Made by a program: the position numbers and the translations under genes. A DNA stretch of 64,000 nt from an uncultured Gammaproteobacteria bacterium (GTDB lineage Bacteria; Patescibacteriota; Microgenomatia; UBA10105; UBA927). The stretch covers positions 64,040 through 128,039 of the forward strand of contig CAYMYO010000001.1 of assembly GCA_964394685.1 (NCBI GenBank), read 5' to 3'. Each line of letters starts with the position of its first letter. The stretch's first letter is position 1. Positions 22,814 through 32,328 of this stretch are shown one piece after another. The notes beneath the pieces were generated by a model that saw only the letters and a list, made by a program, of their open reading frames with translations, had not been told where the DNA came from and did not search any database.

Positions 22814-23816
22814 TTCAGGACATAGTAATCGAGGGATTGGTGTATACACAAAAGAGCTTATTAGAGCGCTCCAAACATATGAAAAAGGCCATGAATATGT
22901 CGTTATTAATGGAATAACGAAACAGACCGCTCTTGTAGATGTGGTTCATTATCCTTTTTTTGATCCTTTCTTTCTCACTCTTCCACTTTCTAAACCACAT
23001 CCGACAGTCGTAACGGTCCATGACCTCATTCCTCTCGTATTTCCGGAACATTTTCCTATAGGACTTCGTGGAAATATTAAATGGCAAATACAGAAACAAT
23101 CGTTAAAAGGAGCAAAGCACATTATTACTGACTCAATTGCGTCTAAGTATGATATTCATCGGATTCTCGGACGGTCTGAAGAGAATATCCATTCAATTCA
23201 TCTTGCCCCATCTTCGTTATATGACCGGATCCCGACAAAAGAAGTTATTGTTGCGGTTCGGAAAAAATACAACCTGCCCGAAGATTTTCTTTTATATGTT
23301 GGCGATGTAAATTGGAACAAAAATGTTCCCGGACTTATCAAAGCTACTGCTTCCATCTCTACTCCACTCGTATTGGTAGGGCGTGCATTTCTTGACACAT
23401 CACTTGCAGAAACAAGAGAAATTAACGGCCTTATTTCGAGTCTGGGAAGAGAAAAGTTTATTATCCGTCCGGGGTTTGTGACAGATAGCGATCTCGTATG
23501 CCTGTATGAGATGGCGACGTGTCTTATTCAGCCTTCACTTTACGAAGGATTTGGTTTACCTGTTTTGGAGGCATTTATGAGTGGCTGTCCAGTTGTCGTA
23601 GCAGATAACTCTTCACTATCCGAAATTGCCGGTCCCGGCATCCGAGTGGATGCGCAGTCCTGTGAGTCGATGAGCAAAGGAATACAAACAGTGTTAGAAT
23701 TCTCAAAAGAAAAGCGCGCGCAACTTATAGAATGTGGACACGCGTGGGTGAAACAATTTTCATGGAAGAAAGTTGCTCATGAAACAGTCGCTGTATATGA
23801 AAAGGCTTTGGGATAA
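22782..23816 (+). CDS. Glycosyltransferase family 4 (GT-B)
   Basis: The motif [30 protein letters not shown] is the GT4 signature E-x7-E region. The N-terminal RVAIDTTPL..GIGVYTKEL is also GT4-like. Confidence 0.85.
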   Translation: MRVAIDTTPLSSGHSNRGIGVYTKELIRALQTYEKGHEYVVINGITKQTALVDVVHYPFFDPFFLTLPLSKPHPTVVTVHDLIPLVFPEHFPIGLRGNIKWQIQKQSLKGAKHIITDSIASKYDIHRILGRSEENIHSIHLAPSSLYDRIPTKEVIVAVRKKYNLPEDFLLYVGDVNWNKNVPGLIKATASISTPLVLVGRAFLDTSLAETREINGLISSLGREKFIIRPGFVTDSDLVCLYEMATCLIQPSLYEGFGLPVLEAFMSGCPVVVADNSSLSEIAGPGIRVDAQSCESMSKGIQTVLEFSKEKRAQLIECGHAWVKQFSWKKVAHETVAVYEKALG

Positions 23817-24894
23817 ATATCGTTTTGTTATTGTCGCGTTTATTATTTGGAGAACTGTACTTTATTTTGGAGAACTGATATCAATAACTGTTCCCATATA
23901 TTCAAAAACATATATGGGACTTATTCCATGGGCGAATACGGACGGACTAAATTACATAAGAATTGCCCAGTGGGGATACGGACACTTAAACGAAGCATTT
24001 TTTCCCTTGTACCCACTCATCCTTCGGGGTATTCACTCTATTATTCCGTTGTCGTTTGAAACTATCGGTGTCGTTGTTTCTACTGCCTGTTTTTTCATTG
24101 GGCTTACTGTGTTGTATGGGATAGTAGCACAATTGTCAATTAAGAAAGCAAGATGGGTAGTTGTATGTATTCTTTCTTTTCCTACCGCATTTTTCTTCAC
24201 CGCTGTGTATACGGAGGCACTATTTTTTTTGTTAACAGTGCTGGTACTCTATTTTTCACACAAAAAGAACTGGTTATTGGCAGGCGTGTGCGTGAGTCTG
24301 GCAAGTGCCACTCGTATGATTGGCATATGCACCGCAATATTTGTTCTTTATGAACTATGGAAGGCGAAATACAAGCTCAAACTTTTTGATATTGTCGGAC
24401 TCCTCGTTATGCCTATGGGGCTTCTTTCCTATATGTATTATTTATTTATTCAGTATGGAGATCCACTACGGTTTGTCCATATTCAGGCATTGTATGAGAT
24501 AAATAGAAGCGTAGGACGCTTCATCTTTCTTCCACAAGTAGTATGGAGATATTTAAAAATTCTGGTTCTCGCTGTCGGAAAACCGACCATTGTGGCATAT
24601 GGCGTTTCGATTGTTGAATTTGTGTTGACAATGGGCGCTTTTTTTCTGCTTTATTACGGGTGGAAAAAGAAGGTGAAATTAAGTTATGTGCTTTATAGCT
24701 TAGTTGTGTTAATTATTCCAACGCTCACAGGTACGTTTGCGTCAATGCCCCGATATATTCTTACGATTATTCCGTTATCTATCATTCTTACGCATATTCC
24801 AAGGAATTCTATTAAATACGTTCTTATTAGTATATTTTCTATTCTCCAACTAGTATCGGTAATGTTATACTTGCGAGGTTGGTTTATTGCATGA
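23797..24894 (+). CDS. PIG-V-like (GT76-type) mannosyltransferase family membrane protein
   Basis: The sequence WANTDGLNYIRIAQWGYGHLNEAFFPLYPLILR matches the Mannosyl_trans2 N-terminal signature (W.sDg.hYl.IA..GY...laFFPlyPll.R). The protein is polytopic. The start is uncertain, and the track ORF begins at 23773. Confidence 0.65.
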   Translation: MKRLWDKYRFVIVAFIIWRTVLYFGELISITVPIYSKTYMGLIPWANTDGLNYIRIAQWGYGHLNEAFFPLYPLILRGIHSIIPLSFETIGVVVSTACFFIGLTVLYGIVAQLSIKKARWVVVCILSFPTAFFFTAVYTEALFFLLTVLVLYFSHKKNWLLAGVCVSLASATRMIGICTAIFVLYELWKAKYKLKLFDIVGLLVMPMGLLSYMYYLFIQYGDPLRFVHIQALYEINRSVGRFIFLPQVVWRYLKILVLAVGKPTIVAYGVSIVEFVLTMGAFFLLYYGWKKKVKLSYVLYSLVVLIIPTLTGTFASMPRYILTIIPLSIILTHIPRNSIKYVLISIFSILQLVSVMLYLRGWFIA

Positions 24895-25577
24895 AAACAG
24901 TATCTATTATCATACCGGTATACAACGAAGAACAAACGATTCAAGAAATACTTATGCGCGTTGAATCGGTTGATCTTCCAAATTGGAAAAAGGAAATCAT
25001 CGTTATTGACGATGGTTCTACTGATAAAACAAAAACTATACTGCGAAAATGGGAAAAGAAAGTTGAAGTGATATACAAAGCGAAAAATGAAGGAAAGGGA
25101 AGTGCGGTGAGTATCGGATTATCAAGGGTAACAGGAGATATTATTCTCATTCAGGATGCTGATTTGGAATATAGTCCAAAGGACTACCTAACACTTTTTG
25201 CGCCATTTGATAATCCTCAGGTACATGTTGTCTATGGTTCTCGTTTCTTAGGATCGCATTTATCTACCATGTATCTGTATGCGCAAGGAAATAAGTTTGT
25301 TACATTTATAACAAATATCCTTTTTAACACCAATATTACGGATATGGAAACAGGGTATAAAGCGGTAAAAAGAGAGGTGATTGATGGATTAACGTTGAAA
25401 TCGAAACGCTTTGATATGGAACCGGAACTAACCGCGAAAATATTAAAAAAAGGATATCAAATATATGAAGTGCCAATATCCTATTTTGGTCGTAAATTTT
25501 CCGAAGGGAAAAAACTAACGTGGCGGGATGGAATCGTTGCATTTTGGACTCTTATTAAATACAGGTTTACAGATTGA
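24891..25577 (+). CDS. GT2 polyprenyl-phosphate sugar synthase (DPM1/GtrB-like)
   Basis: The N-terminus VSIIIPVYNEEQTIQEIL...IIVIDDGSTDKT...IILIQDADLEYSP is GT2 DPM1-like. The 232-aa soluble domain has the DAD motif. Confidence 0.8.
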   Translation: MKTVSIIIPVYNEEQTIQEILMRVESVDLPNWKKEIIVIDDGSTDKTKTILRKWEKKVEVIYKAKNEGKGSAVSIGLSRVTGDIILIQDADLEYSPKDYLTLFAPFDNPQVHVVYGSRFLGSHLSTMYLYAQGNKFVTFITNILFNTNITDMETGYKAVKREVIDGLTLKSKRFDMEPELTAKILKKGYQIYEVPISYFGRKFSEGKKLTWRDGIVAFWTLIKYRFTD

Positions 25578-25578
25578 T

Positions 25579-26838
25579 ATGAACATCAGGAACGTACTGA
25601 AACGAATTAGCTCTCACTCGCTTGCAAAAGACAGTGTCATTGTTTTGGCTGGATCTATGGGGGCAAACGTTGGCTCCTACCTTTACCATCTGGTGATGGG
25701 GCGATTGCTTGGACCAATTGGATATGGTGAATTGTCATCACTTTTATCCATTTTTTACATTTTTACTGTTCCTCTTAATGTTGGCGCAATAGTACTCGTT
25801 AAATTTATTTCTTCAATGAAAGCGCGAAGCCAACTCGGACAAGTGCAGACGCTTTTCGTTAAAGTGACAAAAGCTTGTCTTATCGGATGCATGGTTGTTT
25901 TTCCTATTATTATTTTAACGTCACCGTTTATTAGTACGTTTTTGCACATAGATTCAACCATATTATTTATCCTTGTCTATATTATCTTTGTTTTTTCATT
26001 ATTAACAGTCATTGCAGGAAGCGCGCTTCAAGGATACCAGAAATTTTTATGGGTAAGTATTTTAGGAGCCGGATCGATACTCGTGAAGCTTGTTTTGAGT
26101 ATTCCCGTGGTTACGTGGGGGGTATACGGAGTGCTTCTTGCGACGGTCGGATCAACAATGGTCATGTATCTTCTCTATTTCCTTCCTCTGCGGTTTATTT
26201 TTCAAATAAAAGCATCACCGCTTACCCTCACTGTTCGAGAGGCAATGCGTTATGCGGTACCAACGCTTCTAATTATTCTTGGTATGACCTCATTATATTC
26301 AACAGATATGATATTAGTTCGTCACTTTCTCCCCGCTCATGAAGCGGGGTTATATGCATCCTTAACGGTTCTTGGAAAGATTATTTTTTATGCCTCTTCA
26401 GCAATATCGATTGTTATATTCCCGGTGTTATCTGAACGTACGACAAAAGGGGAAAAAGGAACAAAGCTTATATTTATTGGCTTGGGGACTGTTACAGCCG
26501 TATCAGCAGGGATTACACTTCTCTATTTTGCATTTCCTGAGTTTATTATCCGTACGTTTTTTGGAAGTTCCTATATTCAGGGAGCACCGCTTTTGGGTTT
26601 GTTTGGAGTATTTTTAGTGTTGTATTCGATTGGAAACATGTTTACGACCATATGTATGGCCTTAAGCAAACTGACTATGTGGTTTGTTCCGGTTGTTTGT
26701 GCCGTTATTCAAATTATTGGCATAACCCTCTATCATAATTCCGTAACAAGCGTCATTTGGGTGAATATCGTTTCCTGTCTTCTATTAGTTGTAAGCCTTT
26801 TAGGGTATTATAGGAAACAAATCTATGAAAAAGTTTAG
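25579..26838 (+). CDS. Polysaccharide flippase, Wzx/MOP-superfamily
   Basis: The protein has about 12 TM segments. The N-terminal block NVLKRISSHSLAKDSVIVLAGSMGANVGSYLYHLVMGRLLGPIGYGE is typical of O-unit flippases. The ATG lies immediately after the upstream TGA. Confidence 0.7.
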   Translation: MNIRNVLKRISSHSLAKDSVIVLAGSMGANVGSYLYHLVMGRLLGPIGYGELSSLLSIFYIFTVPLNVGAIVLVKFISSMKARSQLGQVQTLFVKVTKACLIGCMVVFPIIILTSPFISTFLHIDSTILFILVYIIFVFSLLTVIAGSALQGYQKFLWVSILGAGSILVKLVLSIPVVTWGVYGVLLATVGSTMVMYLLYFLPLRFIFQIKASPLTLTVREAMRYAVPTLLIILGMTSLYSTDMILVRHFLPAHEAGLYASLTVLGKIIFYASSAISIVIFPVLSERTTKGEKGTKLIFIGLGTVTAVSAGITLLYFAFPEFIIRTFFGSSYIQGAPLLGLFGVFLVLYSIGNMFTTICMALSKLTMWFVPVVCAVIQIIGITLYHNSVTSVIWVNIVSCLLLVVSLLGYYRKQIYEKV

Positions 26839-27616
26839 TTTGATTGTTCCGGTTTATAAACAGGAAAAGACAATTAAGGAAAATATCCTTTCCATTCTTG
26901 ATACGCTGTCAAAAGTTGCGATTCCGTTTGAAATCATTCCGGTTATTGATGGGAAACTAGATAACAGTGAACGGGAAATAAGAAAGATTAAAGATTTACG
27001 TGTTCAGGTTGTTGGGTATAAGAATAATCATGGAAAGGGATATGCGGTCAGATACGGGTTTGCCCATGCCGATGGAGATGTTGTCGGGTTTATGGACGCA
27101 GGCGGAGACTTAAAACCGGAAGCGCTTCCAGTCATGCTTGCTCAGTTTGAGTTTCAAGATGCGGATGTAGTACTGGGCAGTAAACGGCACCCTGATTCAA
27201 AAGTCGACTACCCAACGTATAGGATAATTCTTTCCTGGGTCTACCAAAAGTTTGTGAAACTGTTGTTTGGTCTTGAGGTTCGCGATACGCAAGTTGGTAT
27301 GAAATTATACAAACGAAAGTTACTTGAAGATGTGCTTCCGCGACTTCTGGTAAAACAGTTTGCGTTTGATATTGAGATTCTTGCTGTGGCGTACCATTTG
27401 GGGTACAGAAAAATATATGAATCACCTGTAGAGATAAACTTTTTCTTTTCAAAAACAAGTATTGTTTGGTCAAAATTGTCTCGAGTTATCTATAATGTGA
27501 TAGCTGATACGTTGGCCGTGTTTTATAGGTTGAAGATTAGGCGATATTACGATAATGCTTCAAAACGGAAATGGCGGTTTGATCCGGAATTGAACTTTCG
27601 AATTAATATAGGTTAG
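26825..27616 (+). CDS. GT2 polyprenyl-phosphate sugar synthase (DPM1-like), second copy
   Basis: The sequence FSLIVPVYKQEKTIKENI...VIDGKLDNS...FMDAGGD...LGSKRHP is GT2 DPM1-like. The C-terminus is amphipathic. Confidence 0.75.
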   Translation: MKKFSLIVPVYKQEKTIKENILSILDTLSKVAIPFEIIPVIDGKLDNSEREIRKIKDLRVQVVGYKNNHGKGYAVRYGFAHADGDVVGFMDAGGDLKPEALPVMLAQFEFQDADVVLGSKRHPDSKVDYPTYRIILSWVYQKFVKLLFGLEVRDTQVGMKLYKRKLLEDVLPRLLVKQFAFDIEILAVAYHLGYRKIYESPVEINFFFSKTSIVWSKLSRVIYNVIADTLAVFYRLKIRRYYDNASKRKWRFDPELNFRINIG

Positions 27617-27646
27617 GGATATGGACAATAAGCATAAAGTAATATC

Positions 27647-28756
27647 ATGAGAATTTTAATATTAAATTGGCGAGATTTAACTCATCCGCGAGCGGGTGGA
27701 GCGGAGCTTGTGACCATGGAACATGCAAAAGGATGGGTAAAGGCTGGCCACAGCGTTACATGGCTGACCGGTTGGTACGGAGGAAAAAAAGAAGAACTTG
27801 TTGATGGTGTTCATATGGTCCGGAGAGCCGGATCGCTTACCATTTATTTGTACGCAATGGTATACCTTCTTATCAACAGTAGATTAATTGATGTTATTGT
27901 TGACGAAGCGCATGGATTTCCATTTTTTTCTCCTTTATTTACGAAAAAACCGGTTGTATTGTTTATTCATGAAATAGCTGGAGAAATATGGGACTATATG
28001 TTCCCATTTCCCAAAAATATCATCGGAAAATTTTTGGAATCGACATATTTCAGGTTGTATAAAAAGTGTTATGTTTGGACAGATGCACCGTCAACAGTTG
28101 ATGAACTCGTTGGGCGGGGAATCCCACGGAATCGCTGCTTTGCAATACCGTGCCCAATTGTGTATGTAAATCCAACAAGAACAGTATTTCACAAAGAAAT
28201 GAACCCAACGTTTATTTTTGTTTCGCGGGTGGTACGCATGAAAGGTATTGAAGAGGTGATTAAAGCATTTTCTTTTATCTGTCGCGAGAAACCTAAATCA
28301 AAACTATGGATTGTCGGAGGGGGAGAAGATGCGTATGTGCAGGAGCTTAAAGAAATGATATCTGAATATGGTATTGAAAAAAATCTGATGTGGTATGGCA
28401 TACTAACAGAGGCGAAAAAATATGAACTGATGTCGCGAGCCCATTTGCTTCTTCACGCATCCGTGAAAGAAGGATGGGGGCTCGTCGTACTTGAAGCTGC
28501 TTCTGTGGGTACGCCAGCTGTTGTTTATAATGTGGGAGGATTGAAAGATGTGGTAAAGAATGGGACAACAGGTATTGTCATATCCGATAATTCACCTTTG
28601 ACCATGGCTTCGAATGCGCTTACATTAATGAGCGACAAAAAACGATACGAATTATATCAAGAAAATGGAAAAAAATGGGTTATGTCTCTTTCCTGGAAGC
28701 AAAGTATTGATCAAAGTGAGGAATTGTTAAGGAAAGCGGTTGAGAGTATACTTTGA
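27647..28756 (+). CDS. Glycosyltransferase family 4
   Basis: The N-terminus ILILNWRDLTHPRAGGAELVTMEHAKGWVKAGHSVTWLT is GT4-like. The motif EGWGLVVLEAASVGTPAVVYNVGGLKDVV is also present. Confidence 0.85.
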   Translation: MRILILNWRDLTHPRAGGAELVTMEHAKGWVKAGHSVTWLTGWYGGKKEELVDGVHMVRRAGSLTIYLYAMVYLLINSRLIDVIVDEAHGFPFFSPLFTKKPVVLFIHEIAGEIWDYMFPFPKNIIGKFLESTYFRLYKKCYVWTDAPSTVDELVGRGIPRNRCFAIPCPIVYVNPTRTVFHKEMNPTFIFVSRVVRMKGIEEVIKAFSFICREKPKSKLWIVGGGEDAYVQELKEMISEYGIEKNLMWYGILTEAKKYELMSRAHLLLHASVKEGWGLVVLEAASVGTPAVVYNVGGLKDVVKNGTTGIVISDNSPLTMASNALTLMSDKKRYELYQENGKKWVMSLSWKQSIDQSEELLRKAVESIL

Positions 28757-28765
28757 TGTATTGCT

Positions 28766-29878
28766 ATGACTATTCCATTTGTCGACTTGAAAATTCAGTA
28801 TCAAAGTATAAAAAAGCAAATAGATGCCGCAATTTCCGAAGTGATCACCAACACCCGATTTATCCAGGGAAAGGAAGTGGCTCTTTTTGAACAGGAATTT
28901 GCTACGTTTCTTGGAGCTACGTATTGTATTGGAGTCAATTCAGGAACTGATGCACTCATATTGGGAATTCGTGCTTTAGAATTACATCCGGGAGATGAAG
29001 TTATTGTTCCAGTGAATACGTTTATCGCAACGGCTCTTGGTGTATCTGAAAATAAATTAAAACCAGTATTTGTTGATATGGATCCGGAAGACTACGGTAT
29101 GGATCTAAGGGATCTGGAAAAGAAAATGACATCCAAAACCGGGGCTATTCTTCCTGTTCATTTATTCGGCCAGCCGGAAAAAGTTGATGAGATCAAAGAA
29201 ATCATAAAAAAATCTGGTAATAAGATGTATCTTATTGAAGATGCGTGTCAGGCACACGGAGCAATATATAAAGGGAAAAAGGTCGGTACGATGGGAGTAT
29301 TCAGCGCCTTTTCGTTTTATCCGGGAAAGAATCTAGGTGCATATGGAGACGGTGGAGCAATTGTAACAAATGATGCGAAACTTGCACAAATGTATCATAT
29401 GCTTCGGGAGTATGGTTCCAAAGTTAAGTATATTCACGAAACAGTTGGAACAAATACGCGTCTTGACACGATTCAAGCAGCTGTTCTTCGGGTAAAACTC
29501 CAGCATCTTGAGAAGTGGAACAAACAAAGGCAGCAAAACGCAAGATTTTATACAACGTTACTGCATAAAGAACTGCCGAATATTAAAACTCCACTAAGTA
29601 TTTCCAGTCGGGAGTCTGTGTTTCATTTATATGTTATAGAAGTGGATAAACGTGATGAACTACTTGCATATCTTAATGACCACGGTGTACAAGCACTCAT
29701 TCATTATCCTATTCCACTCCATATGCAAAAAGCATTTAAAGAGCTAGGGTACAAAAAAGGAGATTTTCCAAACGCAGAAAAGAGCGCCAAACGCATGGTG
29801 TCGCTTCCGATGTTTCCTGAACTCACCAAACAACAGATGGAATATGTAGTTGGTACAATAAAAGATTTTTATGAATGA
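28766..29878 (+). CDS. DegT/DnrJ/EryC1/StrS-family PLP-dependent sugar aminotransferase (WbpE/GnnB-like)
   Basis: The sequence IPFVDLKIQYQSIKKQIDAAI...FIQGKEVALFEQEFATFLG...GVNSGTDAL is DegT-like, and the AFSFYPGKNLGAYGDGGAIVTND block is present. Confidence 0.85.
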   Translation: MTIPFVDLKIQYQSIKKQIDAAISEVITNTRFIQGKEVALFEQEFATFLGATYCIGVNSGTDALILGIRALELHPGDEVIVPVNTFIATALGVSENKLKPVFVDMDPEDYGMDLRDLEKKMTSKTGAILPVHLFGQPEKVDEIKEIIKKSGNKMYLIEDACQAHGAIYKGKKVGTMGVFSAFSFYPGKNLGAYGDGGAIVTNDAKLAQMYHMLREYGSKVKYIHETVGTNTRLDTIQAAVLRVKLQHLEKWNKQRQQNARFYTTLLHKELPNIKTPLSISSRESVFHLYVIEVDKRDELLAYLNDHGVQALIHYPIPLHMQKAFKELGYKKGDFPNAEKSAKRMVSLPMFPELTKQQMEYVVGTIKDFYE

Positions 29879-30326
29879 TAATTTATATCAATCCATTGTA
29901 AACGTAAAAATTGGCAAGCGCACAAAACTGTGGAGATACGTCAATCTTTATGGGTGCACCATTGGTGATGACTCAATGATCGGCACGTATGTTGAGATTC
30001 AAAGCGGGGTGACGGTTGGAAATAAGGTTCGTATTCAATCACATACGTTTATTTGTGAGGGAGTTACCATCGAAGATAATGTTTTTATCGGACACGGTGT
30101 GATGTTTATCAACGATAAATATCCGCGCGCAGAAGGAGATTGGAAGCTTCTTAAAACAGTTATCAAAAAAGGAGCATCTATCGGTTCAAACGCGACAATT
30201 CTTGGAGGAGTTACAATTGGAGAGGGTGCGCTTGTGGGTGCAGGGAGTGTTGTCACAAAAGATGTTTCTGCGTATACGGTCGTTGTGGGTAATCCAGCAA
30301 AATTTCTTAAAACAATAAATATATGA
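29871..30326 (+). CDS. Hexapeptide-repeat sugar N-acetyltransferase (WbpD/PglD-like, LbH fold)
   Basis: Repeated [LIV]G-x4 hexapeptides are present (IGDDSMIGTYVEIQSGVTVGNKVRIQSHTFICEGVTIEDNVFIGHGVMF...IGSNATILGGVTIGEGALVGAGSVV). The protein is 151 aa. Confidence 0.8.
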   Translation: MNDNLYQSIVNVKIGKRTKLWRYVNLYGCTIGDDSMIGTYVEIQSGVTVGNKVRIQSHTFICEGVTIEDNVFIGHGVMFINDKYPRAEGDWKLLKTVIKKGASIGSNATILGGVTIGEGALVGAGSVVTKDVSAYTVVVGNPAKFLKTINI

Positions 30327-31345
30327 AAAAAATTGCACTGATTGGTTGGGGGTATTGGGGTAGAAATTACGCAAAGTATTTCGATGTTAAATTGGATGCA
30401 GAGCTTTCCTATGTGTGTGATTTGCGGGAGGACATGTTGATGGATGCAAAGCGTCTGTATCCGCATATTACTGTTACAAAAAATATTCAAGATTGTATTA
30501 CAAATAAAGTTGACGGTGTTATTCTCGCATCTCCCGCCAGTATCCACTTCAAACTTGCGTCGATCCTTCTAAACGCACGCATTCCAGTTCTTATTGAAAA
30601 GCCATTAACAGATTCTTTAAAAACTTCACAAGAATTAGCAGTACTTGCAAAAAAAACGAATACAAAGATACTTGTTGGACACACGTTCTTATATAATCAG
30701 TCGGTTCGATACCTGAAATCAGAAATAGATAAAGGAAATTTCGGAAAGCTCTATTATCTCGAGTTTAAACGGCAGAGTTATGGTCCCATACGGGATGACG
30801 TGAACATTGCGTGGGATTTCGCTCCGCATGATGTCGCAATTTCACGATATCTTCTTGGCAACATTGACCCAATATCCATTTACGCGACCGCTGGGAAATT
30901 TTCAAAAAATGATAAAGAGGATATCGCTATCATAGTCATGAAATTTCCGGGTAATGTGATGGTGAACATCAATGTTGCGTGGTTGTATCCGATCAAGATT
31001 AGAAATCTTACCGTGCTGGGAAATAAAAAAATGGCGATGTTTGAGGATATTAATAGTTCTGAGCCGGTTAAAATATTTGATACGACACTCCATTATCCAA
31101 AAGAAAACGATCCAGCGGGTGCATCATTTCGATTAGGAGATATTCATATCCCGCGAATTCCAGCAATTGACCCCTTAGCGACGCAACTTCGGCATTTCGT
31201 CTCCTATCTCAAAGGAGAAGAGCAGCCGCTGACGCCAATTGAAGATGGAGTATCGGTAGTTGCGATCCTTGAAGCAATCAACCAGTCAATTCAAACAGGA
31301 AAAGAAATTATATTTCGTACTTGGCTGACCTCACATGAAAAATGA
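30323..31345 (+). CDS. Gfo/Idh/MocA-family NAD-dependent sugar oxidoreductase (WbpB/GnnA-like)
   Basis: The Rossmann N-terminus KIALIGWGYWGRNYAKYF and the sequence ILASPASIHFKLASILLNARIPVLIEKPL (EKP motif) are present. Confidence 0.85.
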   Translation: MKKIALIGWGYWGRNYAKYFDVKLDAELSYVCDLREDMLMDAKRLYPHITVTKNIQDCITNKVDGVILASPASIHFKLASILLNARIPVLIEKPLTDSLKTSQELAVLAKKTNTKILVGHTFLYNQSVRYLKSEIDKGNFGKLYYLEFKRQSYGPIRDDVNIAWDFAPHDVAISRYLLGNIDPISIYATAGKFSKNDKEDIAIIVMKFPGNVMVNINVAWLYPIKIRNLTVLGNKKMAMFEDINSSEPVKIFDTTLHYPKENDPAGASFRLGDIHIPRIPAIDPLATQLRHFVSYLKGEEQPLTPIEDGVSVVAILEAINQSIQTGKEIIFRTWLTSHEK

Positions 31346-32328
31346 AACACCCAACTCTTTCAATAGTTGTTCCTGTATATAACGTAGAAGCGCTACTGGA
31401 TCGTTTTTTAACGTCACTTGCTAAGCAAACGATGTCAAAAGATCAGATAGAGGTTCTTATTCTTGACGGTGGATCTACAGATCGGACTCTGGAAATAGCA
31501 AAATCATACAACGTAACAGTTATTCATAATCCCCAAAAGTTAGCTGAGCCGGGAGTGGTATTGGGATTTCAGAAAGCAAATGGAGAGCTGGTGATGGTGC
31601 TTGCGGTAGACAATATTTTCCCTAAAACAACTGCTATTCAGGATTTGATTGATGTATTTAAGGATAAAAAGATCGCGGGAGCGTTTCCCAAACACGATAC
31701 TGCGAAAGACGATTCAATCTATTCTTTATATATAAATACCTTTACGGATCCATTTACGCATTTTGTCTATGGAAATGCCGCAAATGCCCGTACGTTCAAT
31801 CGAGTGTACAAAACCATACAACATACGGATTCGTATGATATATATAATTTTCAGTCTGCTTCAGGTTATCCGCTTATCGCTCTTGCACAAGGCTTTACTG
31901 TAAGAAAAAAATATATTCGGGATAGAATTCACGATGCGTTTGATGACGTGCTTGTTATCTATGACCTTATCAAGAAAAACAAATCGATTGCATACGTCCA
32001 TAGCGTATCGCTCTACCATTATACAATTCAGAATTTTCAAGATTTTGTACGAAAACAGCGTCGTGCAGTAGAAAACGCGTTTGTTCGAAATAATGCAGGT
32101 ATTACAAAGCGGACACAGTTCTTAACGCAAGGTCAAAAATTACGAAGATATCTTTTTTTTCCGTATAGCTTTACAATAATTTCGCCTCTGATACAATCCG
32201 TGATACAGACAGTTGAAACAGGAAATAGCATATGGCTGCTGCATCCGTATATGGTATTTCTATCGGCGGCAACATTGTTAACAGAAACTGTGATATTAAA
32301 ATTTAAAAAGTTAAAATTATTCAAATGA
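31342..32328 (+). CDS. Glycosyltransferase family 2
   Basis: The N-terminus LSIVVPVYNVEALLDRFLTSLAKQT...ILDGGSTDRTLEIAK is GT2-like. It is a paralog of 45107-46165, sharing the architecture and C-terminal FLPYSF motif. Confidence 0.8.
   Translation: MKHPTLSIVVPVYNVEALLDRFLTSLAKQTMSKDQIEVLILDGGSTDRTLEIAKSYNVTVIHNPQKLAEPGVVLGFQKANGELVMVLAVDNIFPKTTAIQDLIDVFKDKKIAGAFPKHDTAKDDSIYSLYINTFTDPFTHFVYGNAANARTFNRVYKTIQHTDSYDIYNFQSASGYPLIALAQGFTVRKKYIRDRIHDAFDDVLVIYDLIKKNKSIAYVHSVSLYHYTIQNFQDFVRKQRRAVENAFVRNNAGITKRTQFLTQGQKLRRYLFFPYSFTIISPLIQSVIQTVETGNSIWLLHPYMVFLSAATLLTETVILKFKKLKLFK

Noticed and set aside
30035-30547. 170-aa minus-strand ORF spanning the acetyltransferase/oxidoreductase junction
   Set aside because: It overlaps two motif-supported + strand genes. 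Its translation is Cys/Thr/Pro-rich with no family resemblance.
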